Below, in pieces: positions 26,224 to 36,077 of a stretch of DNA of 48,006 bases. Numbering within the stretch: the stretch's first letter is position 1; each line of letters starts with the position of its first letter. This DNA is from Candidatus Omnitrophica bacterium CG22_combo_CG10-13_8_21_14_all_43_16 (lineage in GTDB: Bacteria > Omnitrophota > Gorgyraeia > Gorgyraeales > Gorgyraeaceae), in assembly GCA_002771475.1 (NCBI GenBank), contig PCTH01000051.1, positions 1 through 48,006 of the forward strand, in the 5' to 3' direction. The translations under genes were made by a program, and so were the position numbers. A model generated the notes under the pieces. It worked only from the letters and a program-made list of their open reading frames with translations. It was not told where the DNA came from and ran no database searches.

Positions 26224-26275
26224 CCTGGTCCACCTGACAGGTGAGCCATCTGGCTCACCTGTCAGGTGGACCAGG
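26224..26275. repeat. Perfect 25-bp inverted repeat (CCTGWCAGG-core palindrome family)
   Basis: cctggtccacctgacaggtgagcca, then tc, then tggctcacctgtcaggtggaccagg. It begins 3 nt after the radical SAM stop codon. Its sequence is related to the palindrome at 38533. Confidence 0.75.
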
Positions 26276-26289
26276 GTCGAGGAGCGTGT

Positions 26290-26787
26290 ATGGAATTTTT
26301 CGAAGTAATAAAAAACAGGAAAAGTGTCAGGGAATATTCCGATAAAGCTGTCCCGAAACTCCTCATAGAAAAAATCGTAGACGCCGGAAGGCTGGCTGCC
26401 ACTGCCAGGAATGAGCAGCCGTGGGAATTTGTGGCGACATCTGACAAAAAAATTCTTAAGGAAATATGCGGCATGTGCCCGAACGGGCCTTTTATTAAAG
26501 ACGCTTCGCATCTCGTGGCGGTATTTTCAAAAGACACAAAATACTATATCGAAGACTGCTCCGCTGCTACCCAGAATATGCTTCTGGCGATAGAAGCGCT
26601 TGGCCTGGGCGGCTGCTGGATAGCGGGAGATAAAAAAGATTATGCGGAAGATATCCGGAAGATCTTTAGCGCTCCGGACGGGTATAAGCTGGTCAGCATG
26701 GTAACAGTCGGATATCCGAAAAAAGAAGAGAAACCTCACGCTAAAAAAAGCCTCGGGGATATTTTACGCTGGGAGAAATATGCATAA
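26290..26787 (+). CDS. Nitroreductase family protein
   Basis: MEFFEVIKNRKSVREY.., ..ARNEQPWEF.. and a conserved C-terminal GYP. I start it at the ATG at 26290, because the GTG at 26266 lies inside the palindrome. Confidence 0.8.
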   Translation: MEFFEVIKNRKSVREYSDKAVPKLLIEKIVDAGRLAATARNEQPWEFVATSDKKILKEICGMCPNGPFIKDASHLVAVFSKDTKYYIEDCSAATQNMLLAIEALGLGGCWIAGDKKDYAEDIRKIFSAPDGYKLVSMVTVGYPKKEEKPHAKKSLGDILRWEKYA

Positions 26788-29203
26788 CACGCTCTGGAGA
26801 TTCATAGATGATGACGCCACTTTTGTGGCGGAGAACCCTGATAAGATATCGAGACTTTACTTCCCCCTTGCGAACGAATCCGGCATAATGAGTTCAATCA
26901 CGCCTAACCTGCACGGCAATATAAAAACAGGGCAGCACTCTTTCCTGACAGTCCCTGTTTCTACCCTGGACCTGGATAATACCATGTATAACCGTAATTT
27001 CTGGCTGTACGTGGAAGGCCGCCCGGCATGGTCTGTTGCTTTCGGAGAGAGCGACGAGACATTGGTGGAGGCGGGATTTTTATGGCACAAGGTAATAAAA
27101 ATCAATAAAGCCCTGGGCATCAAGGTAGAGGTGCTGAATTTTGTTCCGGCCAAAGACGAGCCTGTGGAACTGATGTCTGTGGAAGTCTCCAATATCTCAA
27201 AAAAGAAATTAAAAATAACCCCTACCCTGGCTATACCTATATACGCCAGGTCCGCTGATAACCTTCGCGATCACAGGCATGTGACATCCCTCTTAAACAG
27301 GATAAAATCGAGTAAGAGCGGGGTAATAGTGACCCCTACGATGAGTTTCGACGAAAGAGGACATAAAATAAACAGGTTATCTTATTTTGTGCTCGCCGGC
27401 GACGCAAATTCCGGGTTTCCCGAAGGGGTTTTTCCTACGCTCGCGGAGTTTACGGGCGAAGGCGGAAGCCTTGAAAAGCCGGAAGCTGTTTTAAAAAATA
27501 AAACCCCCGGGAAAAAATCAGGCATAGAAAGCCAGGGCAAGGAGGCGATGGCTGCCATAAGGTTTAAAATGCTCTCCATAGCCCCAGGCAAATCTATTAG
27601 ATACGTCGCGGTAATGGGCATCACGGAATCCAGCCCTGAAAAGATATTCAAAAAGTTCAATTCCGCTGAAAAATTAGACAAGGCCCTGGCCTTTAATAAA
27701 AAATACTGGGTTGAAAAATCGCAGAGGGTTTATTTTTCTACGGATGACAAGGATTTTGACAGGTGGATGAAGTGGGTAAGCGCCCAGCCCATATTCAGGA
27801 AGATATTCGGCTGTTCGTTCCTTCCTGATTTTGATTACGGCAGGGGCGGCAGGGGATGGAGAGACCTGTGGCAGGATTTATTGACCATGCTTTTAGTGCA
27901 TCCCGGCCAGGCGCGCAAGATGCTCATAAATAATTTCGGCGGGGTACGGCCCGACGGCTCCAACGCCACGATAATAGGCAAAAATCATGCGGAGTTTATT
28001 CCCGACAGGAACAATATTTCCCGCACCTGGATGGATCACGGGTTTTGGCCGCTGGTGGCTTTGAATCTTTATATAAATCAGTCAGGCGACAAGGATATAC
28101 TTTTTGAAAAAGCCCCGTTTTTCGAAAGCGATAAAATAGACACGATGCTGGAGCATATCCTTATAGAGCACCAGAGGCCTTTTACAAAAATCGGCAAACA
28201 CGGAAATTTTCTTCTGGAAGGCGCTGACTGGAACGACGGGCTTGATATGGCGGGGGAAAACGGCGAGAGCGTTGCTTTTACGGCCGCTTACGCGGGGAAC
28301 CTTTTTGACCTGGCAAACCTGCTGGAAAAAATAAATTATAAAAAAGAAATAATAAGTGATTTGCGCCAAAAGGCCGATAACCTGGCAAGCCATATAAGAA
28401 AGGATGAATGGCTGAAAGTTGAATCCGGTTACAGTTTCTTTAACGGGTATTATGACAATCTGGGCAGGCGGGTGGAAGGTGATCATGCTCGCGGCGTGCG
28501 CATGGCTCTCACGGGACAGGTGTTCCCGATAATAAGCGGGGTTGCCACGGATGAACAGGTGCGCGAAATATACAAAAGCGCAAAGCGGTATTTATGGGAC
28601 AAGGCTCTGAAAGGCTTCAGGCTTAACACTGATTTTAAAGAAATCCAGCCTGATCTAGGAAGGGCATTCGGGTTCGCTTACGGCGAAAAAGAAAATGGCT
28701 CGTTCTTCAGCCACATGAACGTGATGTTTGCGTACGCGCTTTATAAAAGGGGATTTGCCGCGGAAGGCTACGAGGTCATAAATTCCATATGCAATATGTG
28801 CCTGAATACCGGCATCAGCAAGATTTATCCCGGCATCCCGGAGTATTTCAATTCCGAGGGCCGCGGCATGTACCATTATCTGACAGGCTCGGCCAGCTGG
28901 CTTTTATTTACCATGCTTACCCAGGTATTCGGGGTAAGAGGAGACATGGGGAGCCTCGCGATAGACCCTAAGCTGGTAAAATCGCAGTTCGGAAAATCCA
29001 GAAAGGTTTCAGTCAATACGACTTTCGCGGACAAGGCTATACGGGTCAATTATTTTAATCCGGATAATCTAGATTACGGCGAATATAAGATAGGCAGTAT
29101 CTCTATAAATGGCAATGCTGTAAAGACATTGCCTGTAAAAAGAGAAGAATTTCTTCGCCTGGCAGGAAAGGTTTTAAATATAATAGACGTCCGGTTAGCT
29201 TAA
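26780..29203 (+). CDS. GH94-like glycoside phosphorylase (cellobiose/cellodextrin phosphorylase family)
   Basis: About 800 aa, with GADWNDGLD, which matches the catalytic-Asp ADWND motif of GH94. The (alpha/alpha)6-barrel-like C-terminal half contains [10 protein letters not shown]. Confidence 0.65.
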   Translation: MHNTLWRFIDDDATFVAENPDKISRLYFPLANESGIMSSITPNLHGNIKTGQHSFLTVPVSTLDLDNTMYNRNFWLYVEGRPAWSVAFGESDETLVEAGFLWHKVIKINKALGIKVEVLNFVPAKDEPVELMSVEVSNISKKKLKITPTLAIPIYARSADNLRDHRHVTSLLNRIKSSKSGVIVTPTMSFDERGHKINRLSYFVLAGDANSGFPEGVFPTLAEFTGEGGSLEKPEAVLKNKTPGKKSGIESQGKEAMAAIRFKMLSIAPGKSIRYVAVMGITESSPEKIFKKFNSAEKLDKALAFNKKYWVEKSQRVYFSTDDKDFDRWMKWVSAQPIFRKIFGCSFLPDFDYGRGGRGWRDLWQDLLTMLLVHPGQARKMLINNFGGVRPDGSNATIIGKNHAEFIPDRNNISRTWMDHGFWPLVALNLYINQSGDKDILFEKAPFFESDKIDTMLEHILIEHQRPFTKIGKHGNFLLEGADWNDGLDMAGENGESVAFTAAYAGNLFDLANLLEKINYKKEIISDLRQKADNLASHIRKDEWLKVESGYSFFNGYYDNLGRRVEGDHARGVRMALTGQVFPIISGVATDEQVREIYKSAKRYLWDKALKGFRLNTDFKEIQPDLGRAFGFAYGEKENGSFFSHMNVMFAYALYKRGFAAEGYEVINSICNMCLNTGISKIYPGIPEYFNSEGRGMYHYLTGSASWLLFTMLTQVFGVRGDMGSLAIDPKLVKSQFGKSRKVSVNTTFADKAIRVNYFNPDNLDYGEYKIGSISINGNAVKTLPVKREEFLRLAGKVLNIIDVRLA

Positions 29204-29325
29204 CCCGCTGTTTTTTCCATTGGCTGACCGCAGCAGACCAGTTCCCCGCCGCCCGATTTTGTAACAGTCACTTCATTTCCGCAGACATTGCACTTGTACT
29301 TTTCACCGACATTTTTTACAGCCAT
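29200..29325 (-). CDS. Desulforedoxin (rubredoxin-like FeCys4 mini-protein)
   Basis: [41 protein letters not shown] has the Cx2C...CC spacing of desulforedoxin. A GGAGG RBS precedes the ATG at 29325. The longer track ORF (to 29421) is rejected. Confidence 0.75.
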   Translation of the reverse strand: MAVKNVGEKYKCNVCGNEVTVTKSGGGELVCCGQPMEKTAG

Positions 29326-29399
29326 GCACACCTCCTCTTCCCAAATATCATATAATATACTATAATATACCTGTGCCTTTAAAATTGAAAGGATTAAAA

Positions 29400-30131
29400 A
29401 TGGCCGATGATATATACCCAAGCAGGATGTCGATCATAGAGCATCTTGAGGAATTGCGTAAACGCATCATTGCGAGCCTTGTTTTTTTTACGCTGGCGTC
29501 TGTCTTTTCCTTTATGTTTGCGGATAAGATCTCTGATATCCTGAGATTGCCGGCCTTAGGCATAATAGAAAATTTTATATTTCTTGCCCCCACAGAGGTT
29601 TTCACTGCGTATCTGAGGATGTCGATTCTCGCCGGCTTTGTGATCTCCCTGCCGTTTATCCTGCTGCAGCTCGGGCTGTTTTTGATACCCGCTGTAGAGC
29701 GGGATCAAAAGGAAGCCATAGCAAGCTGGCTTGTGATTTCATTTTTACTTTCAGCGCTCGGCATAATGTTTTCTTATTTTCTAGCGCTCCCTTTCGCGCT
29801 TAAATTTCTTATCAGTTTTGCGGAAGGCGCGGCAGTCCCCATGATAAGCATAGGAAAATATTTTTCATTCGCGGGCGCGCTGCTTTTGATAGGAGCGGGT
29901 ATATTCCAGATACCGGTCATCATGGCGCTTTTATCTTATATTAGGATACTGAATCCGGCCTTTTTCAGGAAAAACCGCAAATACGCCGTAGTGGTTATCT
30001 TTATAATAGCTGCTATTATTACGCCTACGCAGGATATCGTGAACATGCTGATATTCGCGGTGCCTATGCTTGCGCTTTATGAGGCAGGCATACTTGCGTC
30101 ATGGATAATAGAAAGGAAGGGAAAGGCATGA
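29400..30131 (+). CDS. tatC: Twin-arginine translocase subunit TatC
   Basis: [15 protein letters not shown] is the canonical TatC N-terminus. 6 TM helices. I start it at the ATG at 29400. Confidence 0.85.
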   Translation: MADDIYPSRMSIIEHLEELRKRIIASLVFFTLASVFSFMFADKISDILRLPALGIIENFIFLAPTEVFTAYLRMSILAGFVISLPFILLQLGLFLIPAVERDQKEAIASWLVISFLLSALGIMFSYFLALPFALKFLISFAEGAAVPMISIGKYFSFAGALLLIGAGIFQIPVIMALLSYIRILNPAFFRKNRKYAVVVIFIIAAIITPTQDIVNMLIFAVPMLALYEAGILASWIIERKGKA

Positions 30132-31114
30132 AAAAAGTTTCAATATTCGAAAGGCTGCCCAAGAGAAAAATTACAAGAAAAGGATTTTTGAAGCTATGCG
30201 GGATAGGCGCCGGAAGCCTTGCGTTAAATAGCGTGTTATTTAAATTCGCCTTTGGCCAGGAAGAGGCTTCTAGCGGAAGGCCCGGCAAAAAAATAAAGGG
30301 CCTGCACGACCTGGTTGTGGCAAAAGGAGAAGATCCTTACGCAATGACTGTCAAGGCGATAGAGGCAATGGGCGGTATGGGAAAATTTGTCAGGAAAAAC
30401 AGCATCGTGCTTATAAAACCCAATATAGGATGGGACCGTTCTCCTGAGCAAGCGGGTAATACTAATCCTTATGTAGTGGGCGCTCTTGTGGATATGTGCT
30501 TTAAATCAGGCGCTAAAAGGGTAAATATATTCGACAGGACCTGTAACGACCAAAAGCGATGCTATGAAAATAGCGGCATAGAAAAAATCGCCAGGGAAAA
30601 AGGCGCGAATGTTTTTTCTCCGGACGACTGGAATGTGGTAAAAGCGAAATTTAATTATGCCAGCCCCATGGAAGGCTGGCCTATCTACAGGGATGCCCTG
30701 GAATGCGATACCTTTATAAACGTGCCTATATTAAAACATCATTCTTTGGCAGGACTAACGATTTCCATGAAAAACCTTATGGGTATCTGCAGCGGCAACA
30801 GGGGCCTTATGCATTTTGATATAGGGACAAAGCTGGCGCATCTTACAGATTTCATAAAGCCAGACCTGAATGTGATAGACGCCTACAGGATTCTCAAAAG
30901 AAACGGGCCCTCAGGCGGCAATCTTGCGGATGTAGTGGATATGAAAACCCTGATAGTCGGCACGGATCCTGTATTGTGCGACGCTTACTCCTGCGTATTG
31001 ATGGGCCGGGAGCCGTCTTCCATGAGTTATATCAAGCAGGCCGTGAAATACAATATAGGTAAAGGCGATTATACTGATATAGCAAAATCAGACATATTAA
31101 CCATTAATGTTTGA
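30128..31114 (+). CDS. DUF362 domain protein with Tat-like signal peptide
   Basis: Signal ..ITRKGFLKLCGIGAGSLAL.. and a DUF362 core with VLIKPNIGW. Confidence 0.7.
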   Translation: MKKVSIFERLPKRKITRKGFLKLCGIGAGSLALNSVLFKFAFGQEEASSGRPGKKIKGLHDLVVAKGEDPYAMTVKAIEAMGGMGKFVRKNSIVLIKPNIGWDRSPEQAGNTNPYVVGALVDMCFKSGAKRVNIFDRTCNDQKRCYENSGIEKIAREKGANVFSPDDWNVVKAKFNYASPMEGWPIYRDALECDTFINVPILKHHSLAGLTISMKNLMGICSGNRGLMHFDIGTKLAHLTDFIKPDLNVIDAYRILKRNGPSGGNLADVVDMKTLIVGTDPVLCDAYSCVLMGREPSSMSYIKQAVKYNIGKGDYTDIAKSDILTINV

Positions 31115-31150
31115 CCGTATTCCGATCGCCGATCGGAAAAGGTTTTCAAG

Positions 31151-32557
31151 ATGAAAAAATTAGTTTTAGCTAGAAAATTCAGCCAGGCGCTATTTCTGTC
31201 GTTATTTATTTGTCTTTTGTGGCTGACCCCGCACACAGCCGCGTTTTTTAAAATAGATCCGCTTGTCTCTATATTCAGCCTGTTTTCTTTGATGATGCTC
31301 GGAGCGACGTTTATAATAGGCAGATTTTTCTGCGGCTGGATGTGCCCGCTCGGGACTATCATTGACGCGTGCGGAATAAAATCGAAAAACAGGGATACGG
31401 GCATTTTCAGGAATATTAAATATTTTATCCTTGGCATTATTGTTATTTTTGCGTTTATCGGGATTCAGATTGCCTGGATTTTCGACCCGCTTGTTATTAC
31501 AGCGAGATTTCTTTCTTTAAATTTTATACCGTCTTTTACCCTGGCCCTGGACAAGGCATTCATTTTTCTGATAAAGAGTTTAAATTTTTACGCGCCGCTC
31601 TATGATTTTTATCGCATGCTTAAGTTATCTGCACTAGGGACAAAGATATTTTATTTTCCCCATTCGCTGATTACCTTAAGTTTTTTTGTTATGATATGCG
31701 GCCTCGCGCTTATAACGAAAAGATTCTGGTGCCGCGTCATCTGCCCCCTGGGCGCGATATATTCTGCCGTTGCCGGATTTTCCATAGTAAGCCGGCGCGT
31801 GGATAAATGCGTAAATTGCATGAAATGTAAAATCAACTGCCGCATGTCAGCGATAAGCGGGGATATGAGTTATAAAAAAGGGGAGTGCGTATTATGCATG
31901 GACTGCATATACGATTGCCCGACGCAAGGCACAAAGTTTGGCTTGCCTGCAACTCCGGCCAGGCCGCAGGCCAAGGATTCCATCACGCGCAAAGATTTTT
32001 TATTTTTGATAGCGTCTTCATTTATATTCCTGGGCTTTAAGGGAAGAGAAGGTCCTCTTAAAAAAAGGCTCATCAGGCCGCCCGGGGTTAAAAATGAGCA
32101 TGAATTTTTGAATAAATGCATCAGGTGCGGCAATTGCATGAAGATCTGCCCGACCAACGGCCTCCAGCCTGCGATATTCGAATCAGGCCTCGCGGGCATA
32201 TGGGCGCCTCATCTCGTGCCTGAGATAGGATACTGCGAGTACAACTGTAATCTTTGCGGGAAGGTCTGCCCCGCAGGCGCTATCCCCAGGTTAAGCCTGG
32301 CTCAAAAAAAGGAACAAAAGCTGGGCGCGGCAGTGATTAATAAATTTATCTGCCTTCCCTGGTCGCAGAACAAAGAATGCATTGTATGCGAAGAACATTG
32401 CCCTGTAGCCAGTAAAGCCATCAAGACCTATGAAGAAGTGGTTGCGGGTAAAAAGATTCGTAAACCTTACGTGGATATTTCTTTATGCGTGGGATGCGGG
32501 ATTTGCCAGAATAAATGCCCTACTAGGCCGGAAAGGGCTATAAAAGTCTTGCCTTAA
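31151..32557 (+). CDS. NapH/NosR-type membrane polyferredoxin (4Fe-4S binding protein)
   Basis: TM helices with CGWMCPLGT and FWCRVICPLGA motifs, plus at least 5 Cys clusters (CVNCMKCKINC, CVLCMDCIYDCP, CIRCGNCMKICP, CNLCGKVCP, CVGCGICQNKCP). Confidence 0.75.
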   Translation: MKKLVLARKFSQALFLSLFICLLWLTPHTAAFFKIDPLVSIFSLFSLMMLGATFIIGRFFCGWMCPLGTIIDACGIKSKNRDTGIFRNIKYFILGIIVIFAFIGIQIAWIFDPLVITARFLSLNFIPSFTLALDKAFIFLIKSLNFYAPLYDFYRMLKLSALGTKIFYFPHSLITLSFFVMICGLALITKRFWCRVICPLGAIYSAVAGFSIVSRRVDKCVNCMKCKINCRMSAISGDMSYKKGECVLCMDCIYDCPTQGTKFGLPATPARPQAKDSITRKDFLFLIASSFIFLGFKGREGPLKKRLIRPPGVKNEHEFLNKCIRCGNCMKICPTNGLQPAIFESGLAGIWAPHLVPEIGYCEYNCNLCGKVCPAGAIPRLSLAQKKEQKLGAAVINKFICLPWSQNKECIVCEEHCPVASKAIKTYEEVVAGKKIRKPYVDISLCVGCGICQNKCPTRPERAIKVLP

Positions 32558-32559
32558 GA

Positions 32560-33600
32560 TTATGAATTTGACCAGAAAGGCTTGTTGTTATTTTCGCTGA
32601 TTATTTTTAAAACTACATCTACGACTTCCTTGTCGTATTTATTGCCGGCGTTGTCTCTTAACTCCTGCAGTGTTACATCTATGCCCAATGCCTGCCTGTA
32701 AGGCCTGTGTGATATCATGGCTTCCAGGACGTCGCATATGGCCAGGATTTTTGCTTCGGGTAAAATTTTATCAGCCGCCAAACCTCTCGGATATCCTTTT
32801 CCGTCCAGCCTCTCGTGATGCTGGTATATTGCTTCAGGCAGCTGTGAAGGGAACGAGTAAGGCATAAGCATGTCATAGCTTTGCTGTACGTGTTCCTGCA
32901 CCATTTTATATTCCAGGTCTGAAAGCTTTCCGGGCTTATTGAGTATCTCGAGGGGTATCAAAATCTTGCCTATATCGTGCAGTTCAGCGGACATCTTTAA
33001 TTCCAGGATCCTGTTTTCTTCCCAGCCGAGCTCTTTGGCGATTCTTTCCGCGATCAGGGAAACGCGCCTTGTGTGGCCGAATGTGTAAGGGTCTTTGGTT
33101 TCCAGTATCTTGTCCAGGACCTTGAGGGAGTTGATTATCATGTCCAGGTTTGTGCGCTCGGAATTGTCGTAAGCCGTGATGTCCCTGGTTACCCCCAGCG
33201 TGCCGATGACTTTACATTCTTTATTTTTTATCGGGATCTTTGTGGTGGTGACGCAGTTATACGTGCCGTTAGGTAAAAGCGTGCGCTCGATCTTGCCTAT
33301 AATAGGCTTGCCGGTTTTAAGCACATAGGTGTCATCCTCAAACATTTTCTGGGCCTGGTCTTTGGGGAAGAAGTCGAAATCAGTCTTGCCTATAATGTCT
33401 TCAGGAGTCAGTTTAAAGCCTTCGGCGTAAAATCTGTTTACCCTTATGATCCTATTCTTGGCGTCTTTGAAGTATATGGCGTCAGGTATATTGTCTAAAA
33501 TATTCTGCAGAAGCTCTCTTTCAAGAAAAAGGGTGGACTTCAGATTTTTATATGACCTGCGAGGTTTCTTATTTTTTGTGGGCTCTCTTTTAATTTTCAT
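32560..33600 (-). CDS. PAS-domain HD-GYP phosphodiesterase
   Basis: PAS region (LLQNILDNIPDAIYFKD) with HDIGK and HHERLDGKGYP motifs. I start it at MKIKREP (33600). The track's upstream extension overlaps the dusB start and a palindrome. Confidence 0.8.
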   Translation of the reverse strand: MKIKREPTKNKKPRRSYKNLKSTLFLERELLQNILDNIPDAIYFKDAKNRIIRVNRFYAEGFKLTPEDIIGKTDFDFFPKDQAQKMFEDDTYVLKTGKPIIGKIERTLLPNGTYNCVTTTKIPIKNKECKVIGTLGVTRDITAYDNSERTNLDMIINSLKVLDKILETKDPYTFGHTRRVSLIAERIAKELGWEENRILELKMSAELHDIGKILIPLEILNKPGKLSDLEYKMVQEHVQQSYDMLMPYSFPSQLPEAIYQHHERLDGKGYPRGLAADKILPEAKILAICDVLEAMISHRPYRQALGIDVTLQELRDNAGNKYDKEVVDVVLKIISENNNKPFWSNS

Positions 33601-33667
33601 ATAGGAACTACAATATACCATATAATTTGCCAAAAAGCAATGATATAAGGTAAAATAGAAACCTGAT

Positions 33668-33700
33668 GGGAGTCCGACTCCCGTAGGGAGTCGGACTCCC
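33668..33700. repeat. Perfect 15-bp inverted repeat, nested palindrome, in a divergent promoter region
   Basis: gggagtccgactccc, then gta, then gggagtcggactccc. Each arm is itself a gggagtc/gactccc hairpin. It lies 12 nt upstream of the dusB ATG. Confidence 0.7.
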
Positions 33701-33712
33701 AATAAAAAGCAT

Positions 33713-34684
33713 ATGCTTAAAATCGGAAACCTAAAATTAAAGTCGAATCTCATCCTGGCTCCCATGGCAGGGGTAAGCGATCTGCCGTTCAGGCTCTTAA
33801 ACCGCAGGTTCGGCTGCGAGCTCGGTTTTATAGAAATGATCAATGTCCGCTCCCTGAGCTACAAGATGCGCAAGACTAAAAAGATGCTTTCCACGGGCCC
33901 TGAAGACAAGCCTCTCGGCATACAGATCATAGGCTGCGAGGAGGAGTTTATACTTAGGGCAATGGATGTCCTGGGCTCTTACGAATACGATGTCCTGGAT
34001 TTTAACGCAGCCTGCCCTGTGAAAAAGGTCGCGCGCCGCGGCGAAGGCGCCGCATTATTAAAGGATCCTAAAAAACTTAACAAGCTCTTGAAACTTATTG
34101 TCAAAACTTCCTCCAAACCCGTCACTGTAAAAATCCGCACAGGCTGGGACAGCTCTTCTATAAACGCAAGAGACTCTGCCCTCGCTAGCCAGGACGCAGG
34201 CGCAAGCGCCTTGTTCATCCACGGAAGAAACAGGGAGCAGGGCTACAGCGGAGAAGTGGATTATGGCGCTATAAAGGATGTAAAAAAGGCCCTGGATATA
34301 CCTGTTATCGGAAGCGGGGATGTATTTAGCCCGGAGCTGGCTAAAAAAATGCTGGATGAAACAGGATGCGACGGCCTTTTGCTGGCGCGCGGCGCGCTCG
34401 GGAACCCCTGGATATTTGAGCAGATAAAAGCATTCTTAAAAAATAAAAAAATAATCCCCAGACCCGGGATAGACGAAATAGCCGACATCATGATAGAGCA
34501 CATGGATTCCTATATTGATTTCTATGACGCCCTGCACGGCGTTATGAGGTTTCATAAATTTTTCGCGTGGTACACAAAAGGCATCCCCAGCGTCAGGCCT
34601 TTCAGGGAAAAGGCGTTCCGCACCAGGACAAAAGAAGGCATGCTGGATATCATCGGGTCTTTTAGAAAATTGACCAATGTTTAG
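33713..34684 (+). CDS. dusB: tRNA-dihydrouridine synthase
   Basis: LAPMAGVSDLPFRLL, the DFNAACP catalytic Cys region, and VKIRTGWD. Confidence 0.85.
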   Translation: MLKIGNLKLKSNLILAPMAGVSDLPFRLLNRRFGCELGFIEMINVRSLSYKMRKTKKMLSTGPEDKPLGIQIIGCEEEFILRAMDVLGSYEYDVLDFNAACPVKKVARRGEGAALLKDPKKLNKLLKLIVKTSSKPVTVKIRTGWDSSSINARDSALASQDAGASALFIHGRNREQGYSGEVDYGAIKDVKKALDIPVIGSGDVFSPELAKKMLDETGCDGLLLARGALGNPWIFEQIKAFLKNKKIIPRPGIDEIADIMIEHMDSYIDFYDALHGVMRFHKFFAWYTKGIPSVRPFREKAFRTRTKEGMLDIIGSFRKLTNV

Positions 34685-34726
34685 GATAGTGGTATAATAA
34701 ATATCACATAAAAAAGGGAGGATTTC

Positions 34727-35698
34727 ATGCATTCTTACAAAGAATTAGGGCTGGTCAACACAAGAGATATGTTTAAAAAGGCAATGGCTGGTAAATACGC
34801 CATCCCGGCTTATAATTTCAATAACATGGAACAGCTCCAGGCGATAGTCACTGCCTGCATTGAGACAAAGTCTCCTGTAATTCTGCAGGTTTCCTCGGGC
34901 GCCAGGAAATACGCGAACCAGATTTTATTGAGGCACATGGCAATGGGAGCGATGGAGATAATAAAAACAGCGGGTTCCAGCATTCCTGTGACGCTTCACC
35001 TGGACCACGGCGATACCTATGAACTCTGCGTTTCCTGCGTAGAGTCGGGATTTTCTTCCGTCATGATTGACGGTTCAGCGCATACATATGACGATAACGC
35101 GGCGCTGACGAAAAAGGTGGTCGAATACGCGCATAAATACGACGTTACAGTGGAAGGCGAGCTCGGAGTCCTGGCAGGGATAGAGGATGAGGTCAGCCAC
35201 GAAGCCAGCCATTACACCCATCCTGAAGAAGTGGAAGATTTTGTAAAAAAGACCGGCGTTGACTCTCTCGCGATCTCCATAGGCACTTCCCACGGCGCGT
35301 ATAAGTTTAAATTAAAACCCGGAGAGAGCGTCCCGCCCCTGAGATTTGATATACTGGAAGAAGTTGAGAAGAGGATACCGGGTTTTCCGATAGTTTTGCA
35401 CGGCTCCAGCTCTGTTCCAAAGGAGTATATAGATATCATAAATAAATACGGCGGAAAGCTTGAAAATACAGCGGGCGTTCCTGAAGAACAGCTGAGAAAG
35501 GCTACTACTTCAGCTGTCTGTAAAATAAATATTGATTCAGACGGCCGTCTCGCGATGACAGCCAAGATACGGGAGGTTTTTGCGACCAGCCCGAAAGAAT
35601 TTGACCCGCGTAAATATCTGGGCCCCGCAAGAGACGAGCTTATAAAGATGTACAAGCATAAAAACGAGCACGTCCTTGGCTCCGCCGGAAAAGCCTGA
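34727..35698 (+). CDS. fba: Class II fructose-1,6-bisphosphate aldolase
   Basis: YAIPAYNFNNMEQ, LHLDHG, GELG and LHGSSSVP motifs. Confidence 0.85.
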   Translation: MHSYKELGLVNTRDMFKKAMAGKYAIPAYNFNNMEQLQAIVTACIETKSPVILQVSSGARKYANQILLRHMAMGAMEIIKTAGSSIPVTLHLDHGDTYELCVSCVESGFSSVMIDGSAHTYDDNAALTKKVVEYAHKYDVTVEGELGVLAGIEDEVSHEASHYTHPEEVEDFVKKTGVDSLAISIGTSHGAYKFKLKPGESVPPLRFDILEEVEKRIPGFPIVLHGSSSVPKEYIDIINKYGGKLENTAGVPEEQLRKATTSAVCKINIDSDGRLAMTAKIREVFATSPKEFDPRKYLGPARDELIKMYKHKNEHVLGSAGKA

Positions 35699-35704
35699 TT
35701 TAAT

Positions 35705-35962
35705 ATGTTGACTAAAATAGCCTTAATCGCGAGCATAATGCTCCCTCTCTGGAACATCCCGCTTATAGTGAGAATCATAAAGCGCCGTTCGTCCAGGGAT
35801 ATCAGCATTCTCTGGGTAATAGGCGCGTGGTCTTGTTTTCTGGCAATGTTTCCCGCAGGCATCCAGAGCCAGGATATAGTCTATAGGACATTTACCTATG
35901 TAAACTTTTTCTTCTTCACGCTTGTAATGATTTTTACAGTGTTATTTCATAGAAATAAGTAG
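35705..35962 (+). CDS. Small 3-TM membrane protein, PQ-loop/SemiSWEET-like
   Basis: 85 aa with three hydrophobic helices. The first is followed by IPLIVRIIKRRSSRDIS, resembling a PQ-loop with Q replaced by L. Confidence 0.4.
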   Translation: MLTKIALIASIMLPLWNIPLIVRIIKRRSSRDISILWVIGAWSCFLAMFPAGIQSQDIVYRTFTYVNFFFFTLVMIFTVLFHRNK

Positions 35963-36077
35963 TATTTTCATGCCTTGAACCCTTTCTATCTATAAGGCAT
36001 ACTTAATGTTAGAAGAATAATATATAAAAAGAACCATGAATTTTATAATTCATAGATAAGTTTATTTTTATAAAATT

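Noticed and set aside
24314-33700. GTAG/CTAC tetranucleotides inside several palindromes, as a REP/RAYT signature.
   Set aside because: The tetranucleotide is expected by chance at this frequency, is missing from two of the palindromes, and no RAYT-like gene is in the window.
33601-33843. Upstream extension of the HD-GYP ORF, and the 29326-29421 extension of the desulforedoxin ORF.
   Set aside because: The extensions cross divergent promoter regions, a palindrome or the start of the neighbouring gene. Internal ATGs have good RBS and give family-typical N-termini.
35212-35862. 216-aa minus-strand ORF antisense to fba. Similar long antisense ORFs occur elsewhere (8689-9171, 10310-10750, 16057-16533, 19553-19936, 20546-21031, 41533-42054, 43895-44407).
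   Set aside because: Each lies entirely opposite a gene with strong family motifs. They have low-complexity or Ser/Pro/Leu-rich composition, no RBS and no recognisable domains. They are shadow ORFs.
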